Below are positions 38,261 to 51,541 of a stretch of DNA of 64,000 bases, one piece after another. Origin of the DNA: Vitrella brassicaformis CCMP3155. Taxonomy: Eukaryota > Protista > Chromerida. Numbering within the stretch: position 1 is the stretch's first letter; every line of letters starts with the position of its first letter. The DNA lies in assembly GCA_001179505.1 (NCBI GenBank), contig CDMY01000201.1, positions 105,126-169,125 of the forward strand. Direction: 5' to 3'. A program made the position numbers and the translations under genes. The notes below the pieces were generated by a model that was not told the DNA's origin, did not search any database, and worked only from the letters and a program-made list of their open reading frames with translations.

Positions 38261-40547
38261 TCAATTGCCCTTGGTGGGCCTCTTGTCTCTCTCCTGTAGT
38301 GAGGTGCTGGTGTCGACCCTCTCCTGCCCCTTAAAGCCCGTGTGCCGCCAGAACTGGTCTGATATGGGGCCCCGCCTGCGCGTCAGCTCCTTCTTGGGCG
38401 CCTGGTGGGCCTGACGCAGCGTCACGGCGTTCTCCAAACCACGCGCACTGCGCATCTCGTTGAAGCGCCTGACACCAGACGGACAGACGAAAAAACCGTA
38501 GACTGTTCGGGGGCTTGTCGGTGTGGGTATTGGGCATGTACCTGAGTAGGTTTGCTTGGTACTGGAGAATCCAGTCTCTGAGCTCAGAGGGAGAGAGGGG
38601 GCGGCACGGACACACACACAGGCCGCAATGATCAATGCTGCTGGTGCGAAATGTGGTGCACTCTAACCTTCTGACGCCGTAGTAGTCGAACTGGCGCGTG
38701 TTGTCCAGCCATTTCAACGTCTGCAGCCAAGCATCAGGGACACCCACAGGCAGAGAAAGATCGACGGGTGCCCGGAGTCAACAAAGGCGGCCGGCAGCTT
38801 TTTGTTGGGTGGGTCGGCTGACCATTCTGTGTTGGAGCCTTGTGTCTGAGGCCAGGTAGGGCCACCACTCGCGAATGACGTGAGCACCTAGGGGCATGGT
38901 ATACGTGTGACGTATCTGTCTGTGTGTCTGGGGTGTGTGGGAGGATGGGATGACGTGACGTACCAACTCTGTGTTCCTTGATGGCGATGCGCATGTCAGT
39001 GGACATGCTGCGAGGCACCTGACGACAGACACCACACACGTAGTTGGATGAGATGAATGCACGCACATCACATCAGGCGCGCACACGTGTCCGTCCGTCC
39101 GTCCGTCTGTCTGTCTGTCTGTGGTAAGCACCTTTCCGAGAATGTACAGCCGATGAAAGAACTCAGTATAGGACACCTGCACACACAAAGATAGACAGAC
39201 ATACAGATACACTGACTGTGTGGAAACAATCCGTCCGTCCGTCCCCACCGACCATTTTGATGGTGATGACCATGGTGTTGTTCCAGCTGCAGATACGGCC
39301 CCAGTCCTCTGACACACACACACACACACAGACATGGAGGCACCACACAGCGTGGAGTCACATATATGTGCATTAGCGTGGTGGCATCTCAGTTACTTCT
39401 TGTGACTCGCAGGTATCGCGTGGGATTGTCCTTGTTCACCATGATGCTTGCTGCATTCATGGATGGCACACACACACCATCCATCCATCCATCCACTCTC
39501 CCTCCCACTCTCCCTCGCTCCCTCCCTGCTTCTCTCTCTGAAGCAGCATACATACCGATGTAGAGCCTCCCCGGATCGGCGTGGTACTTGTGCGACAGCT
39601 GCTCCTGCGCCCATTGGAGCTGCATGGCAGGCAAACACACACAACGGACTAGTGGCTCTGTCACAACGTCCGTCCGCCAGTCCACACATGAAGAATGTTC
39701 TTACGGTGTTGAAAACGGGCTGTAGTCGGTGCACAGGTATGGCCGCCATCCAGTCGATGGCGTCCTGCAGATGCAGACCCTTGATCTGTATGTTATCCAC
39801 CACACACAACACACAACACACAACACCACACCACACGCCAGACCACACCACAAACAATGTATTGATGCACGCCTGTGTGTCCACTTGCCCCTCTCTCCTC
39901 TCTCCTCTCTCCTCTCTCCTCCCTCCCACCAGCCGGGCATATGCCGTGAGCCGCTTGGCACTGAGCTTCAGCGGGACCCGGGTCTTGTAAGACCACGTCT
40001 GCGGTGGACCTGAACGAGGCTGCACACAGATCATCAGACAGGAGCGCACATAACATCCACGCGAGTGGGGGAAATGGCCAACTAGTATGTGTGTGTGTGT
40101 GTATGTATGTGTGCAGTGACTGACTGACCGGGTCTTCCTCAGGGTCTGGAAATCGCGGCCATATGTGCCTTCGCCGGCGGCGGTCGAGATTCTGGTGACG
40201 CACCAGCCGCCGACGCCATCTGATGAATGAATGCACACAACACACGCACATCACATACTCTCCCTCGCTGCAGGCCATGCCATTTCCAACACTTACGGGT
40301 GCCAGCCCCTCCTGCGCCAGAAGGGGTTCCTGATCAACGTCCGCACACTGCCCAGAGATGAGCCGAAGCAGCTGGCAGCAAATACGGACGTGTTGTCATG
40401 AGGGAAGCAGGACCGCAGTGGTCCTGTTGCCGCTGCTGCTACTGCTAGTGTCGGTGTGTGTGGCGTCGGATGTGCACTGCATGGCGGGGCGAAGAGGGCG
40501 GGAGGGGGAGGGACGCGCGTCACGGGACGCGAGCACGAACGAAGCAT
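38261..40547 (-). CDS. MRPL22: Mitochondrial ribosomal protein uL22m with presequence and long C-terminal extension
   Basis: Spliced core RVPLKLSAKRLTAYARL|IKGLHLQDAIDWM ... NPTRYLR ... WGRICSWNNTMVITIKM fits uL22. The N-terminus MLRSCSRPVTRVPP is Arg/Ser-rich and lacks acidic residues. Confidence 0.8.
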
Positions 40548-40698
40548 GATAAAAGACTGCCCTGGGGATGCAGATCTTTCCTAGCTCGCACCTCCCCGGA
40601 AAATGGAAAACGGTCCCTTTCCACTGTGTCTGCAGCACCTCCGCAACGGTCCTTTCTGCACTGTTGTCGAACCTGCAGATTGATTTTGTGATTGGTTG

Positions 40699-43600
40699 AT
40701 GCACAACAGCATGGAGACGGCGTTCACTGTGTGGCACATCTGCAATGGCGCCGAGGAGAGCGGCCACTTCGAGATGGTGCAGCTGCCGGACGGGCATGAG
40801 TCGGCCGTGAGCAGTGACGCATCTGGGGACAGGATCACTCGTGATGCAGAGGGGCAGGTGATTCATAGCAACAAGGGGGGGAGCGGCGCTAGAAGTCAGC
40901 TGGTGCGGCTGTCTGCCGGTGCATGTGTGTATCGGGTGGACCCGGTGCTGCTGGAGGATGTGGAGGGCACTGTGGATGACTGCACGCAGGTGCAGACAGA
41001 CCCACAATCAATGCAATGCATGCCATTGGATGGAGGGATATGTATCTGTGTGTGTTTTATTTGGTGGGTGCAGTTGAGTTATCTGAACGTGGCGAATTTG
41101 CTGGAGAATGTGCGTCGGCGGTACAGACAGGCGGGGCAGCAGGCGGCACTGTGCCACCAAATATACGTAAGTACGCGAGAGAGAGAGAGAGAGAGAGAGA
41201 GATTCATGATCCAACCGGCAGACAGGCAGACAGACAGACAGACAGCACTCTCATGGTTGCCTGCAGACAGCAGTGGGCGGCGTGCTGCTGGCTGTCAATC
41301 CCTTCTCCTCTCTGAACCAACACAGCCATTGTCCCGCTAGTGAGGGCAGCAAAGGCCAAGACAACAAGAGCAAACCTGCGCTTTATTCGGAGGCCATGAT
41401 GCGCACTTACTACGGACGGGGCCTGGCAGGCCTTCTGCGTGACCCCCACCCCTTTGCTGTGGCTGAGGCTTCATACAAACAGCTGAAGGCAGAGCGGACA
41501 TCTCAGAGCATCATCATCAGGTGTGCCCACTGGCAAGCAAAGGACGCATAAAGCCGTGGACAGAGGAAGAGACACAAGCAACCAATGGTCTGGTCGGCCG
41601 GTCGGTGTATGCAGCGGGGAGTCCGGGTCGGGCAAGACAGAGACGGCCAAGGTGCGCCTGCCAGAGAGGTCATCCAGCGATTCAGCCATACTTGTGTGCG
41701 TCCTGCCTGCTCGTGTTGGTTGCTATGCACAAACCTCCTCCTGTCTGCATGGCATGCAATGCAATGCAGCACGTCCTTCGGTACCTGACGTCAGCGGCTA
41801 CCCACGCGGGCGACGTGCCACCGGCAGCAAAGGGCTTCGACCTCGCTTCAAGGCTCCTGCAGGTCAATCAACGAGCGAAGCTCGATTGACAAACATACAT
41901 CCATGTTTGTCAGCATGTGTGGGGGGCCCTGCATGTGTGTGTGTGTGTGTGCAGAGCAATCCGATATTGGAGGCATTCGGCAACGCACACACGGTGCGCA
42001 ATCCAAACTCCTCTAGATTTGGTTGGTGCAGTGCAGTGTATTGGCCGGCCAGCCGACTGGGCAGCCCACACACGCAAGTTGGAGAGACACAAGTGGATGG
42101 ATGGATGCTTCTTGTGCGCACCACCTCCAGGCAAGCTGGTTCGGCTGTGCATGAGCCCGAGTGGGCAGCTTAGGGGCGCCTCCATCGACACGTACCTACT
42201 TGCCAAATCACGGGTGGGGTGGGGCCGATACACACACACGCACACCTGGATGCTCATTCATTCGCAAGGGGTGGCTTTGCCTGTCTGTGCTGCAGGTGGT
42301 GTATGTGCCAAGCCGAGAGCGCAACTACCACATTTTCTACTCCCTGTGTGAGGCGGCGACCGATCCAAACAGGCCATCAAAGCCCCTCCTGATGGACCCA
42401 TTGCTGCCGCCGATCAGACAGGCCGAGAGCTATGCATACCTGCAATCCAAGGTGGATGGCTGCTGTCGATCGATATCGTGTCTCATTCCTTGCTCTGTCT
42501 GTGCGTGGCAGGACCCTCCAGCTGGCCTCCCTCTCTTTAGACTCGAGAACATACAGTGAGGGAACCGATGAAGTAATTCATGGTGATTGAACGTACAAGC
42601 ATTTTCGTGTGCATGGGGATGGTCTGTGTGTCTGTGTGTCTGTCTGTCTGTCTGTCTATGTGTGTGCATGGCATGTAGGGCTGCCTTTGAGGCGTTCCGT
42701 GTGGACCGCTCGACGCAGCAAAGCATATGGCGGACCCTGGCGGCCGTCATGGCACTCGGCAATGTGTCTTTCAACGAGGACGGGGGCGACGAGGCCACCA
42801 GCACTGTGGGGCCAAAGGGGAAGGAGGCACTGCTAGAGGCCGCTCACTTACTCGGTGGGTGTGTGGGTGGGGAGATGCATATCGCAGAAGGAAGAAGCGC
42901 AAATAAGCAAGGTGGGTGCGATGGTGTGGTTAGGGCTAGATGGTGCTGCGGATGAGGGCCACGGCAGCCGGGGGTATGCTCTGTTGGAGCAGGTGCTGAC
43001 CACAAGAGGAGTCAGGGAAACCAGATCGACTCTCAGCAGTGAGTGAGCCAGGAACAATCACACGCACCTGTCTGATGCCTTGGGGGGTTGTTGATATATT
43101 GCAGAGAAGGCAGCTGAGTGGGCGCGGGACGATCTCGCAAAGGTCAGTCGGCCACATTGACACACGACGCAGATGAACTGACGTCTGCGCGTGTGTCAGA
43201 CAGTCTATGTGCGGTTGTTCGCCTACATTGTGGGGCTCATCAACTGCAGCCTCAACGCAGACATCGCCAGCAAGGACGCAACATCTGATGGAAACGACGA
43301 AAACGATACCGCCAGTCTGTTCATCGGCGTGCTGGACATCTTTGGCTTTGAGAACCTGGTCCGTCAGTCAGTCAGTCACAATCTCAATCTGCAGGCAGCT
43401 GTTAGTCAGTCATGGCGTTGATTCGTTTGCTTGTCTCGTTCAGAATCCGCACCTGTGCAACGGTTTTGAGCAGCTGTGCATCAACTACTTGAACGAGCTG
43501 CTGCACCAGCACTTCCTGCACGCCACCATCAGCACCGAGCAACAGCTATACAAGTAAGGAGAGAGACTCACTCCTAGCACACACGCACCCGTGTACGTGT

Positions 43601-46016
43601 GCAGGAGTGAGGGTCTCCCTTTCCAGCCCAGCGCGCCTTTCCGTGACAATGCCGACCTCATTCAGTGCCTTGGAGGCACACAGGAGACGCCAGGCAGATT
43701 TCATCTGCTGGACGAGGCCACACGCAGCCCCGTCAACAAGGGCGCAAGCAGAGACGCACTCTTCTGCTCAGCTGTCAGACACACATCCATCCATCCATCC
43801 ATCTATCCACACACCTTTCCAATGCCTTCAGGTATCGAGCAGCCTGGGGAGCCGGTTTTCCCACCGCATCAGGGTGTCGCCCCCTCCTCGCGCCACACGC
43901 GACGCGTCACAAGCGAGATCGGCCCACCCCTTGAGCGTGTTCCATTTCGCCGGCAAGGTCACATACGATGCAGACGGATTCACAGAACAAAACAACGACA
44001 ACCTCCCACCAGGTGAAAGATGTGATGTCAGCCCATGCAGCGCAAAATACTTACAAGAATTGAATTGGGAGATGCACAATAGATAGTGTAGTGACTGTGT
44101 TTGTTCATCAGAGCTGGAGCATCTGCTGGCTGAGTGCAAGGGGATCGTGGGCTGTGCTCCGCAGGACGGTGCTGCTGCGACTGCATCGAATGAGAAGGGG
44201 AGGGGTGGTGCGGGCGGGAGGCACAAGTCGGCGGGGCTCAACTTCGTGGGGCAGGTCGATCGGCTGCTCAAGACGCTCGGGGCAACAGTAAGCACAAACA
44301 CATTCACACACCCAAGGCTGAAGAAGTGATTGATATGGCTGTGGCCTGGCCTGCAGACGCCCCACTTCATCCGGTGTGTCAAGCCCAACGTCAAACAGGT
44401 TCGTGCATTGATTGCATTGATTGAGTGGGGCATCCATCCATGTACCCCGAGACATGACATCAATCACTCCTGTATGGTATATGATGTGCCTTTGTTTGAT
44501 CCCGGTGCAGCTGGCATTCGTCTTCGACCGCTCCAAGGTCTACGAGCAGCTCGAGGAAAGGTATTCAACTGACACAAACGATCCATCCTTCCACACATTT
44601 CTGTCTGTCTGTCTGCACGTCTACTCACTGCACACAGCGGCTTGGTGAGTGTGCTGGAGGTAATGGCCCGCGGCTTCCCCTGCCGGCTGCCCTACGCCAC
44701 CCTCCACAGTCGATACCAGCACCTCCTCCACCCCGCCATGCAGTCGCGCATCGCACCAAGAGACTTCGCCGACCTCATCACGGCATTCCTCAACATACCC
44801 AAAGGCGACTGCACTCTCGGGCTCACACAGGCCTTCTTCCGCCTCGGCTCGCTGCAGCTGGTGGAGCAGATCCAACACACGGCCGATGACAAGGTAGGTA
44901 CGGTGCCTATATGATGCTTTCACAAAGGAAGCAATGCAATGGCCCTCATGGGTGCGGTGCAGTTTCGGCGTCGTTTGGCCGAGGAGACCTTTGTGCTGTG
45001 GCTTCGGAAGCGGAGAAAGAGGGTGCTCGGTGGCGTCCGCGCGGCCGTCAGGTTCCTCATCGGGGCCAAGAAGAGAAGAGGTCACACATTCACAGAACAG
45101 AGCCATCACACCACACCACACCCAGTACAATGAATGCCTGTGCGTGTGGTGCAGCTCTCGCTGTTGCGCAGGCCTGCCACCATCACCTGAAGCATGTGGT
45201 GCTGCCCAGAAGGAGACACAAGTGAGTGGATGGAATGGACGGGAGGGCAGCTTGGTACACACACGCTGAGCTCAGCCACCAGATCACATGTGTGCCGCGC
45301 ATGTCATCAGGGCGTGTATCGTCCTGCAGACAGCTGCTAGGTGTCTCATCGCCCGGCGCGTCCTGCACACGCGGAGACAGCAAGAAAACGAACGCAGACG
45401 CATTGCCAAAGAGCAGCAAGACAGAGACAGGGAGGAAGAACCAAGACGTATCGAAGAAAAGCAGCGGCAGCAGAGAGAGCAAGAAGCCCTTCGAGAGAAG
45501 CAACGGAGAGAGGAGGAGATTGGTGGTGGTCATGTGGAGCCTTCAGCCGAGCGGATTATATCGTGGCTGTCGCCGACCGACCGAGACAGCGTCATCCCCA
45601 CGGCAGAGACACACACCGAGGAGGACGCTCCCACATACGCGACCAACGAACAAGACAACCAAACCAACAGCCGCAGCCAAGTGAAGAACAAAAGGAGCAC
45701 ACGGAGAGAGCCACCCTTCCCCCTTCCTGAACCAGCACAACAGCCGTCACACGACGGCAGGAACCATCAGGCAAAACGACGCCAGCATGTTTCCCTCGAG
45801 CCCGTGGATGACGAGAGAGGCAGCCGCGATGGATGTGTCGGCAACGCAGCCAGGAGGAGACGGCCATGCAGCCACTTGCGGGCGAGGGGGGCGGGGGGTA
45901 AGAGGGGAGGGACGAGTTGGTGGGGTGGCCGTGACGTCATGGTGATGGCCAGCCTGGAGCAGTGCATTGCGGAGTCTGAGATGAGGGAGCATGAGGTCAG
46001 TGAGAGTGAGGGGTGA
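40699..46016 (+). CDS. Unconventional myosin heavy chain (motor, 1-2 IQ-like motifs, short charged tail)
   Basis: LSYLNVANLLENVRRRY, VLLAVNPF, P-loop GESGSGKTETAK, switch I NPILEAFGNAHTVRNPNSSRFG, ERNYHIFY, switch II DIFGFE, FEQLCINY, PHFIRCVKPN, RGFPCR and IQ-like IVLQTAARCLIARR. Confidence 0.95.
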
Positions 46017-46449
46017 GCAACCCACGTCGTGACACACAACGTACCTTACGGAGGTGCCTTCCGTCTGCCCATGTCATGTGAGCGTGTTTCTTTGTGTCTC
46101 TGCAGTTGTTGCTGGAGTTGTGCGATGTGCTGGATGACGTCTACCGATCACACGCACGGCCGCCACCGGACTACGCGGCAGCAGCGAGCAAAGTGGCCCG
46201 CCATCAGCGGCGGAAAAGTCGGATGGGCGGGGCTGTGGGGTCTGAGCCGCACTAATGTGTGACGTGTGTGTGATGCGACACACACACTCAGGCGAGAGTG
46301 TTGCATGATTGCATGTCATGACGTCAGTCAGAGTCAGAGAGTCTCACAGACAGGACAGGTTGCTATACAGAGTGATCGACACACCGACGAGTCAGTCGCA
46401 ATGAATAAATGTACCCGCCCCCCTCCCTCCCCGTCTCTCTCGGACTAGA

Positions 46450-48321
46450 CTAGACTACTCTCCTGGTGTTGTAAGAACCACAACTGGGGTTCTGACACTT
46501 CAAACCTGACATAACCACACACACACACGACCACAGAGAGAGAGAGAGAGAGAGATCTAAGGCACTAGTCAATGTCCCCAGTCAGTCGTCTGCGTCTGTC
46601 TGCGACTGACTGACCGAAGAAGTGGAAGGGGGTGGTGGAGGGCCGCGAGCAGTCATTGCCTGACAGATGGGATGGACAGGATGGGACACACAGACATCAA
46701 TCACATCGGACCATCCCACACTGTCATGGGATGGCCATGACGCTAGCTCGTAGCCTCTGCGGTGCGCTACCCACATGTGATCATGACGTCCGCTCGGTAC
46801 TCGTCCTGCATGGGGGTGTTCCGGACTTGTCTGCAGACCAGACAGACAACAAAACGATATATGAATGGTCCACACACATACTTAACTGACATCCACGTCA
46901 GTCATTTCGTCCGCCTTGCCTTGTCTGTCTTTTGCGCTTACTCGTCCAGCTGCTGCCATAGTGAGTCGTTGCTCATAATGGACGCGCTGCCTAATTGAAC
47001 GGACACACACACATACACACACACAACTGAGCGTGGGGCGTGTCGGGTGTAATGCCCACATGACACACAAAATGGCTTACAGAGAGGGCAGCGAAGCGAC
47101 GACAGGCCCGAGAAATCCGACGTTAACCGAGTGAGGCACTCCTGTAAAGGACACACCACATGCCATGCGATGCGCCTCAATCAACGGACAGACACCCTCC
47201 TAGTGCGGTGACCGCACCGGACCTGGTGGATGGTGTGTCCGCAGTTTCTGAGTATGGTGACGACCCGCGTGGAGTTGAACAGATTCTCCAGGCACACGGG
47301 GCAGTCCTGATGCATCGCACGCTCTGACAGATAGATACCACACACACACACACGGCGAATGGCACTGGTCGGTCAGTCAGTGTCTGTAGCCCCCCTGCCG
47401 TCTTGGTTCGTACCGATGCACTTGTGTGTGTCCCGTATGCTGACGGGGTAGCAACTGCCGCACGTGTCGCAGTGAAAGAAATTCTCACGACCTGATTGAT
47501 TCGATTCAGACACACAAAGACCGACCACATACATCTGATATATCCTGTCCACACAGGCAAACGTCACAATGGACATACACACACAAAGTCGCTCACCTCC
47601 AACGCGACAGATGCCACACCGATCGCAGTGAAAGGTCTGCAGCCAGCCAACCAACCAACCAGCACCAACAACAAGCCAACCCACGTCACAGGTAGGTGTG
47701 TTTTAATGTCGTCTGTGTGTGTGTGTGTGTGAGCGCCCAGCCCATTGATCGCGTTTCTTTGTTGCTTGCACACCTGTTTCTGATGTGCGCCGTCGTCCCA
47801 AAGGTGGCACTTATCGCAGTAGTAGGAGCTGAAGGGCTGCTTGCACTTGACACACGACGGCCCTGCCGGCTGCCGCTCACTGCACCGCATACAAACCACC
47901 TCACGCAGCCTGAACCGGTCCAACTCGCTGAGTGACACAGACAGACAGACAGACAGACAGACAGATGGGTGGGTGTGGTGGTGATTGACTGATTGATGCT
48001 CACTGTTGCTGGTCAGGCGGCGTATCGCCGCCGTTTTTGACTGCGTTGTGGCAGTGTCTGCACCAGAACACCTCATCGCACTCCGGACACACCACCTTGC
48101 ATGCCCGCTGCATCCAAACGCCCAGCCAGCCACCCGCAGAACACACACACACACACAACAACCGCATACAAACAGACAGACAGGCAGCGGCGAAAGGGAG
48201 AGATATGAGGCGGTATTCTTGATGTCTGGCGCTGTGCTGGTAGCGTGTGTACCCTGTAGTGTGTGCAGCCCAGCGGCGTTGCTGACGGTGGCTGTGGCTC
48301 TTCAGCCATAGCTTGAGCCAT
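46450..48321 (-). CDS. RCHY1: RING and CHY zinc-finger E3 ligase (RCHY1/PIRH2-like)
   Basis: LGCTHY, VVCMRCSERQ..CVKC...YYCDKCHLWDD, FHCDRCGICRVGG|RENFFHCDTCGSC, RING CPVCLENLF...CGHTIH..CL..CPLC and terminal GLKCQNPSCGSYNTRR. Confidence 0.93.
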
Positions 48322-48486
48322 AGTCTCGCGAAGGAAAAGGGCGGCCTCTCAAGGACAACTCTCGACTGATAGCGATACCAATACGCATGGCGAGTGTTGG
48401 TGTGACATGTGGGTTAAGGGTAAGATTGTCCGTGCACAATCTGCGAGCTGCAGGATTCCATTTACGTGGCTCCCGCTGGTCTCCCG

Positions 48487-50957
48487 ATGGAGGATGATAC
48501 AGGGCGTACATTGGACGTAGCCATACGGCAGTACCTCGAGGAGCGGTACCCGCAACTCGCCTACTCATTCCACGAAGCCGCAAGCCTCAGCGTAGGAGAA
48601 GAGATGCGATGCAGGCAGCCTCTCCATCGCATTGCCCATTAGAACTGAAGATCTCGTATGGGATGGGTGTGTTGTGATATGTGTGTATGTGGATTGAATG
48701 GGTGCAGGATGAGCCTCGGCCCGACGCGGAGAGCGTGTTGCTCAAGAGGTGGCGTGCAGTGCTGCGGCTGCAGGTGCGGATCAGCGAGTTGGAGGAGGAG
48801 AGGGACCGCCTATCAGAACAGATAGAGCAGCTGCAGGGCGCATTCAAATTCCGGGCGCCTCCCGGTAACTAACAGAGATCTGCATCATCAATTGTGGAAT
48901 GGGAAAAGACCACACACACGCACACTACACAATGCTATCCATGGCGGGTGTTGTGCGCTGCAGATGCGTTGCCGGCATCGGGTGCAAGTGCGAGCATGGT
49001 GTTGTGCGGCCACCGGGGGGGCATCACTGCTGTGGCCTTCCACCCCACATACTCGCTGGTCTTCACCGCATCGGACGACGCCACCATCAAGGTAAGGTTG
49101 GTGGGCACTCGTGTGTGTGTGGTGAGGTGGGGTGAGGTGCTGGCGTGTAGGTATGGGACTACGAGAGCGATGGACGGCTGGAGAAGACCCTGAAGGGGCA
49201 CACCGATGCCGTCAACGACCTGCACTTCGACACACACGGCCACAGGTGCGGTGGGTGGGTGAGGTGCAGTGCAGCCAGCGGCGCGCATCGCATGGCGGTT
49301 CGTGTCTGGTCTCTTTCGTCTATGTGGGTATGACTGACTGACAGGTTTGCCTCGTGTTCGTCTGACATGAGCATCCGTCTGTGGGACAGCACCCACATGG
49401 AGTGCATCCAAGCCATGCGCGGACACGACAACACCGTCTCGGTGCTCAAGACAAAACAAGACAAGACAATACACCAGCCAAGACACACACACCGCACCAA
49501 GCCGCTAGCTAGATCAGATCTATCCGGGTGTGTGTGTGTGTTGTGTATGCCTCTGGTGGGATTGGCGCAGGGAGTCCGTTTCGTGCCGTCCGGCGAGCAG
49601 TTGGTGTCGTGCTCGCGAGACCACACACTCAAGCTGTGGGATTGCGAAACCGGGTGGGTGGCACACCTACGCAGGCAGGCAGCCCAGACGACGTGCGATG
49701 GTGCGTATGTGTGTGTGTGGATGGGGATGGACGGCTGCAGGTATTGCGTGCGGACGTACGTGGGCCATTCCGATTGGGTCCGCACTGTCGACATCGCACC
49801 AGACGGCAAACTCTTCGCATCTGGCAGCAACGATCACAAGTAAGTGACTAAGCATCAACCACACCACACACACACAGAGAGAGAGAGAGAGAGAAACGTC
49901 TGCATCTTCTGATTGTGTTGGCCATGTGCTGTGCATGTGCATGTGATGTGCAGCATACGAGTGTGGTCTTTGAGTGCGCCCCACGCCCTGCACGAGTTGA
50001 CGGAGCACGACCATGTGGTGGAGGTCGTCGCCTTCGCCCCCAAACCCACCCTCATCCAGATCAGGGACGCACACGCACACGGACAGACGAGCAAAGCACC
50101 GCCGTCCACAGCAGGGGGGGTGACCTCTACTCCCTCGCGGATGGTAAGCCTTCAATTGAGTGACTGACACATCTATACGTCTCGTGGATTGGATTACACG
50201 TCTGTGTGTGCGCAGCTGACAACGGACACATCTGAGGGCCTGCCCAGCGACGAGACCAGCCAAACTGGTCGGTTCGTGTGTGTGGATGGATGGATGGATG
50301 GACGGACATGTGTGTATGTGTGTGTGTGTGTGTGTTTCTGATTGTGCAGGTGATGGCGGGTGTGTGGGCAGTTCGATGGTGCTGTTTTCGGGTTCGCGCG
50401 ACAAGACCATGCGCATGTGGGACATATCGCAGCAGACCTGCCTATACGTTTTCGTAAGCTCATACACACACACACACACACACAGCCCCACACCCCGTCG
50501 ACACACAGACGAACGTTGTGTGTGTGTGTGTGTGTGTCCCGTACCCAACAGGAGGGCCACACCAACTGGGTGCGTGGCATCTGCTTCCACCCGTCGGGCC
50601 GCTACGTGCTGTCATGCTCCGACGACAAGACCATCCACATATACGACGTCAACTCAGGTACGATGTCACTTGTGCCTCGTCGGTTGGCTCAGAGGGGTGC
50701 CATGGCTGTCTGTCTGTCTGTCTGTCTGATGTGTTGCCTGTGTGTGTGTCAGGATACTGTGTGCGTAGACTGGATGGCGCCAAGGGCTTTGTAACCTGTG
50801 TGGCGTGCAAGCACCCCGCACCGCTCATCGCCGCAGGTGGGCGGGCCTGTTTGATGTGCTGAGGTGAATGTACGTCTGCATGGGCCTTCGTGTGCGTGTG
50901 TGGTTTGTTCATTCAGGTGCCCTCGACAGGGAGCTCCGGCTGTGGGCGTGTGTGTAG
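48487..50957 (+). CDS. LIS1: Lissencephaly-1 homologue (LisH, coiled coil, WD40 repeats), a dynein regulator
   Basis: LisH-like [13 protein letters not shown]...F; [19 protein letters not shown] (LIS1 LLEKKWTSVIRLQKK); WD40 repeats [44 protein letters not shown]. Confidence 0.93.
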
Positions 50958-51263
50958 TGTAGTGTAGTGTAGCGAAGACAGACAGCACAAGGAGCACAAG
51001 GTGGCCGGCGGGTCACCTTAGTAGATTCAGCTGAGATGGGTTTGTGTTCGTGTGTTAATACGTAAGGGGACTTTTGTACAGACAGACAGACAGACATACG
51101 CCACGCCAGACGCCTGAGCAGTTCGGTGGATTGGAGGGATCCACGGCATGAACTGTGTTGATGTGTTCATGTCCAGACACACACACAGTCGCTGTCAATA
51201 GAGCCAGTTCTACCCATACCCCTCCCTCCCAGTCCGGCACTCGTCAGTCAGTCAGTCAGTCAG

Positions 51264-51506
51264 TCAGTCGTTGCTGTCTCGTTCGTCTTCGTCGCTGTCC
51301 GCCTCGCCGAGGAAGCGCGACAGCTCCATCGCCACATGAGCCGCACGCTCACGACGGGCTTCGTCACTGACATTAATCGGCACACAGACATACACATGCA
51401 CACGTCACGTCACTCAAGTGGTGGGTGCTTCGCCTGTGTGTGTGGTATGGGGTCTTACGAGAGGTTTGCGCCGTCTTCCCGGACTGCCCTAATCTTCTCC
51501 GTCAAC

Positions 51507-51541
<35 letters not shown>

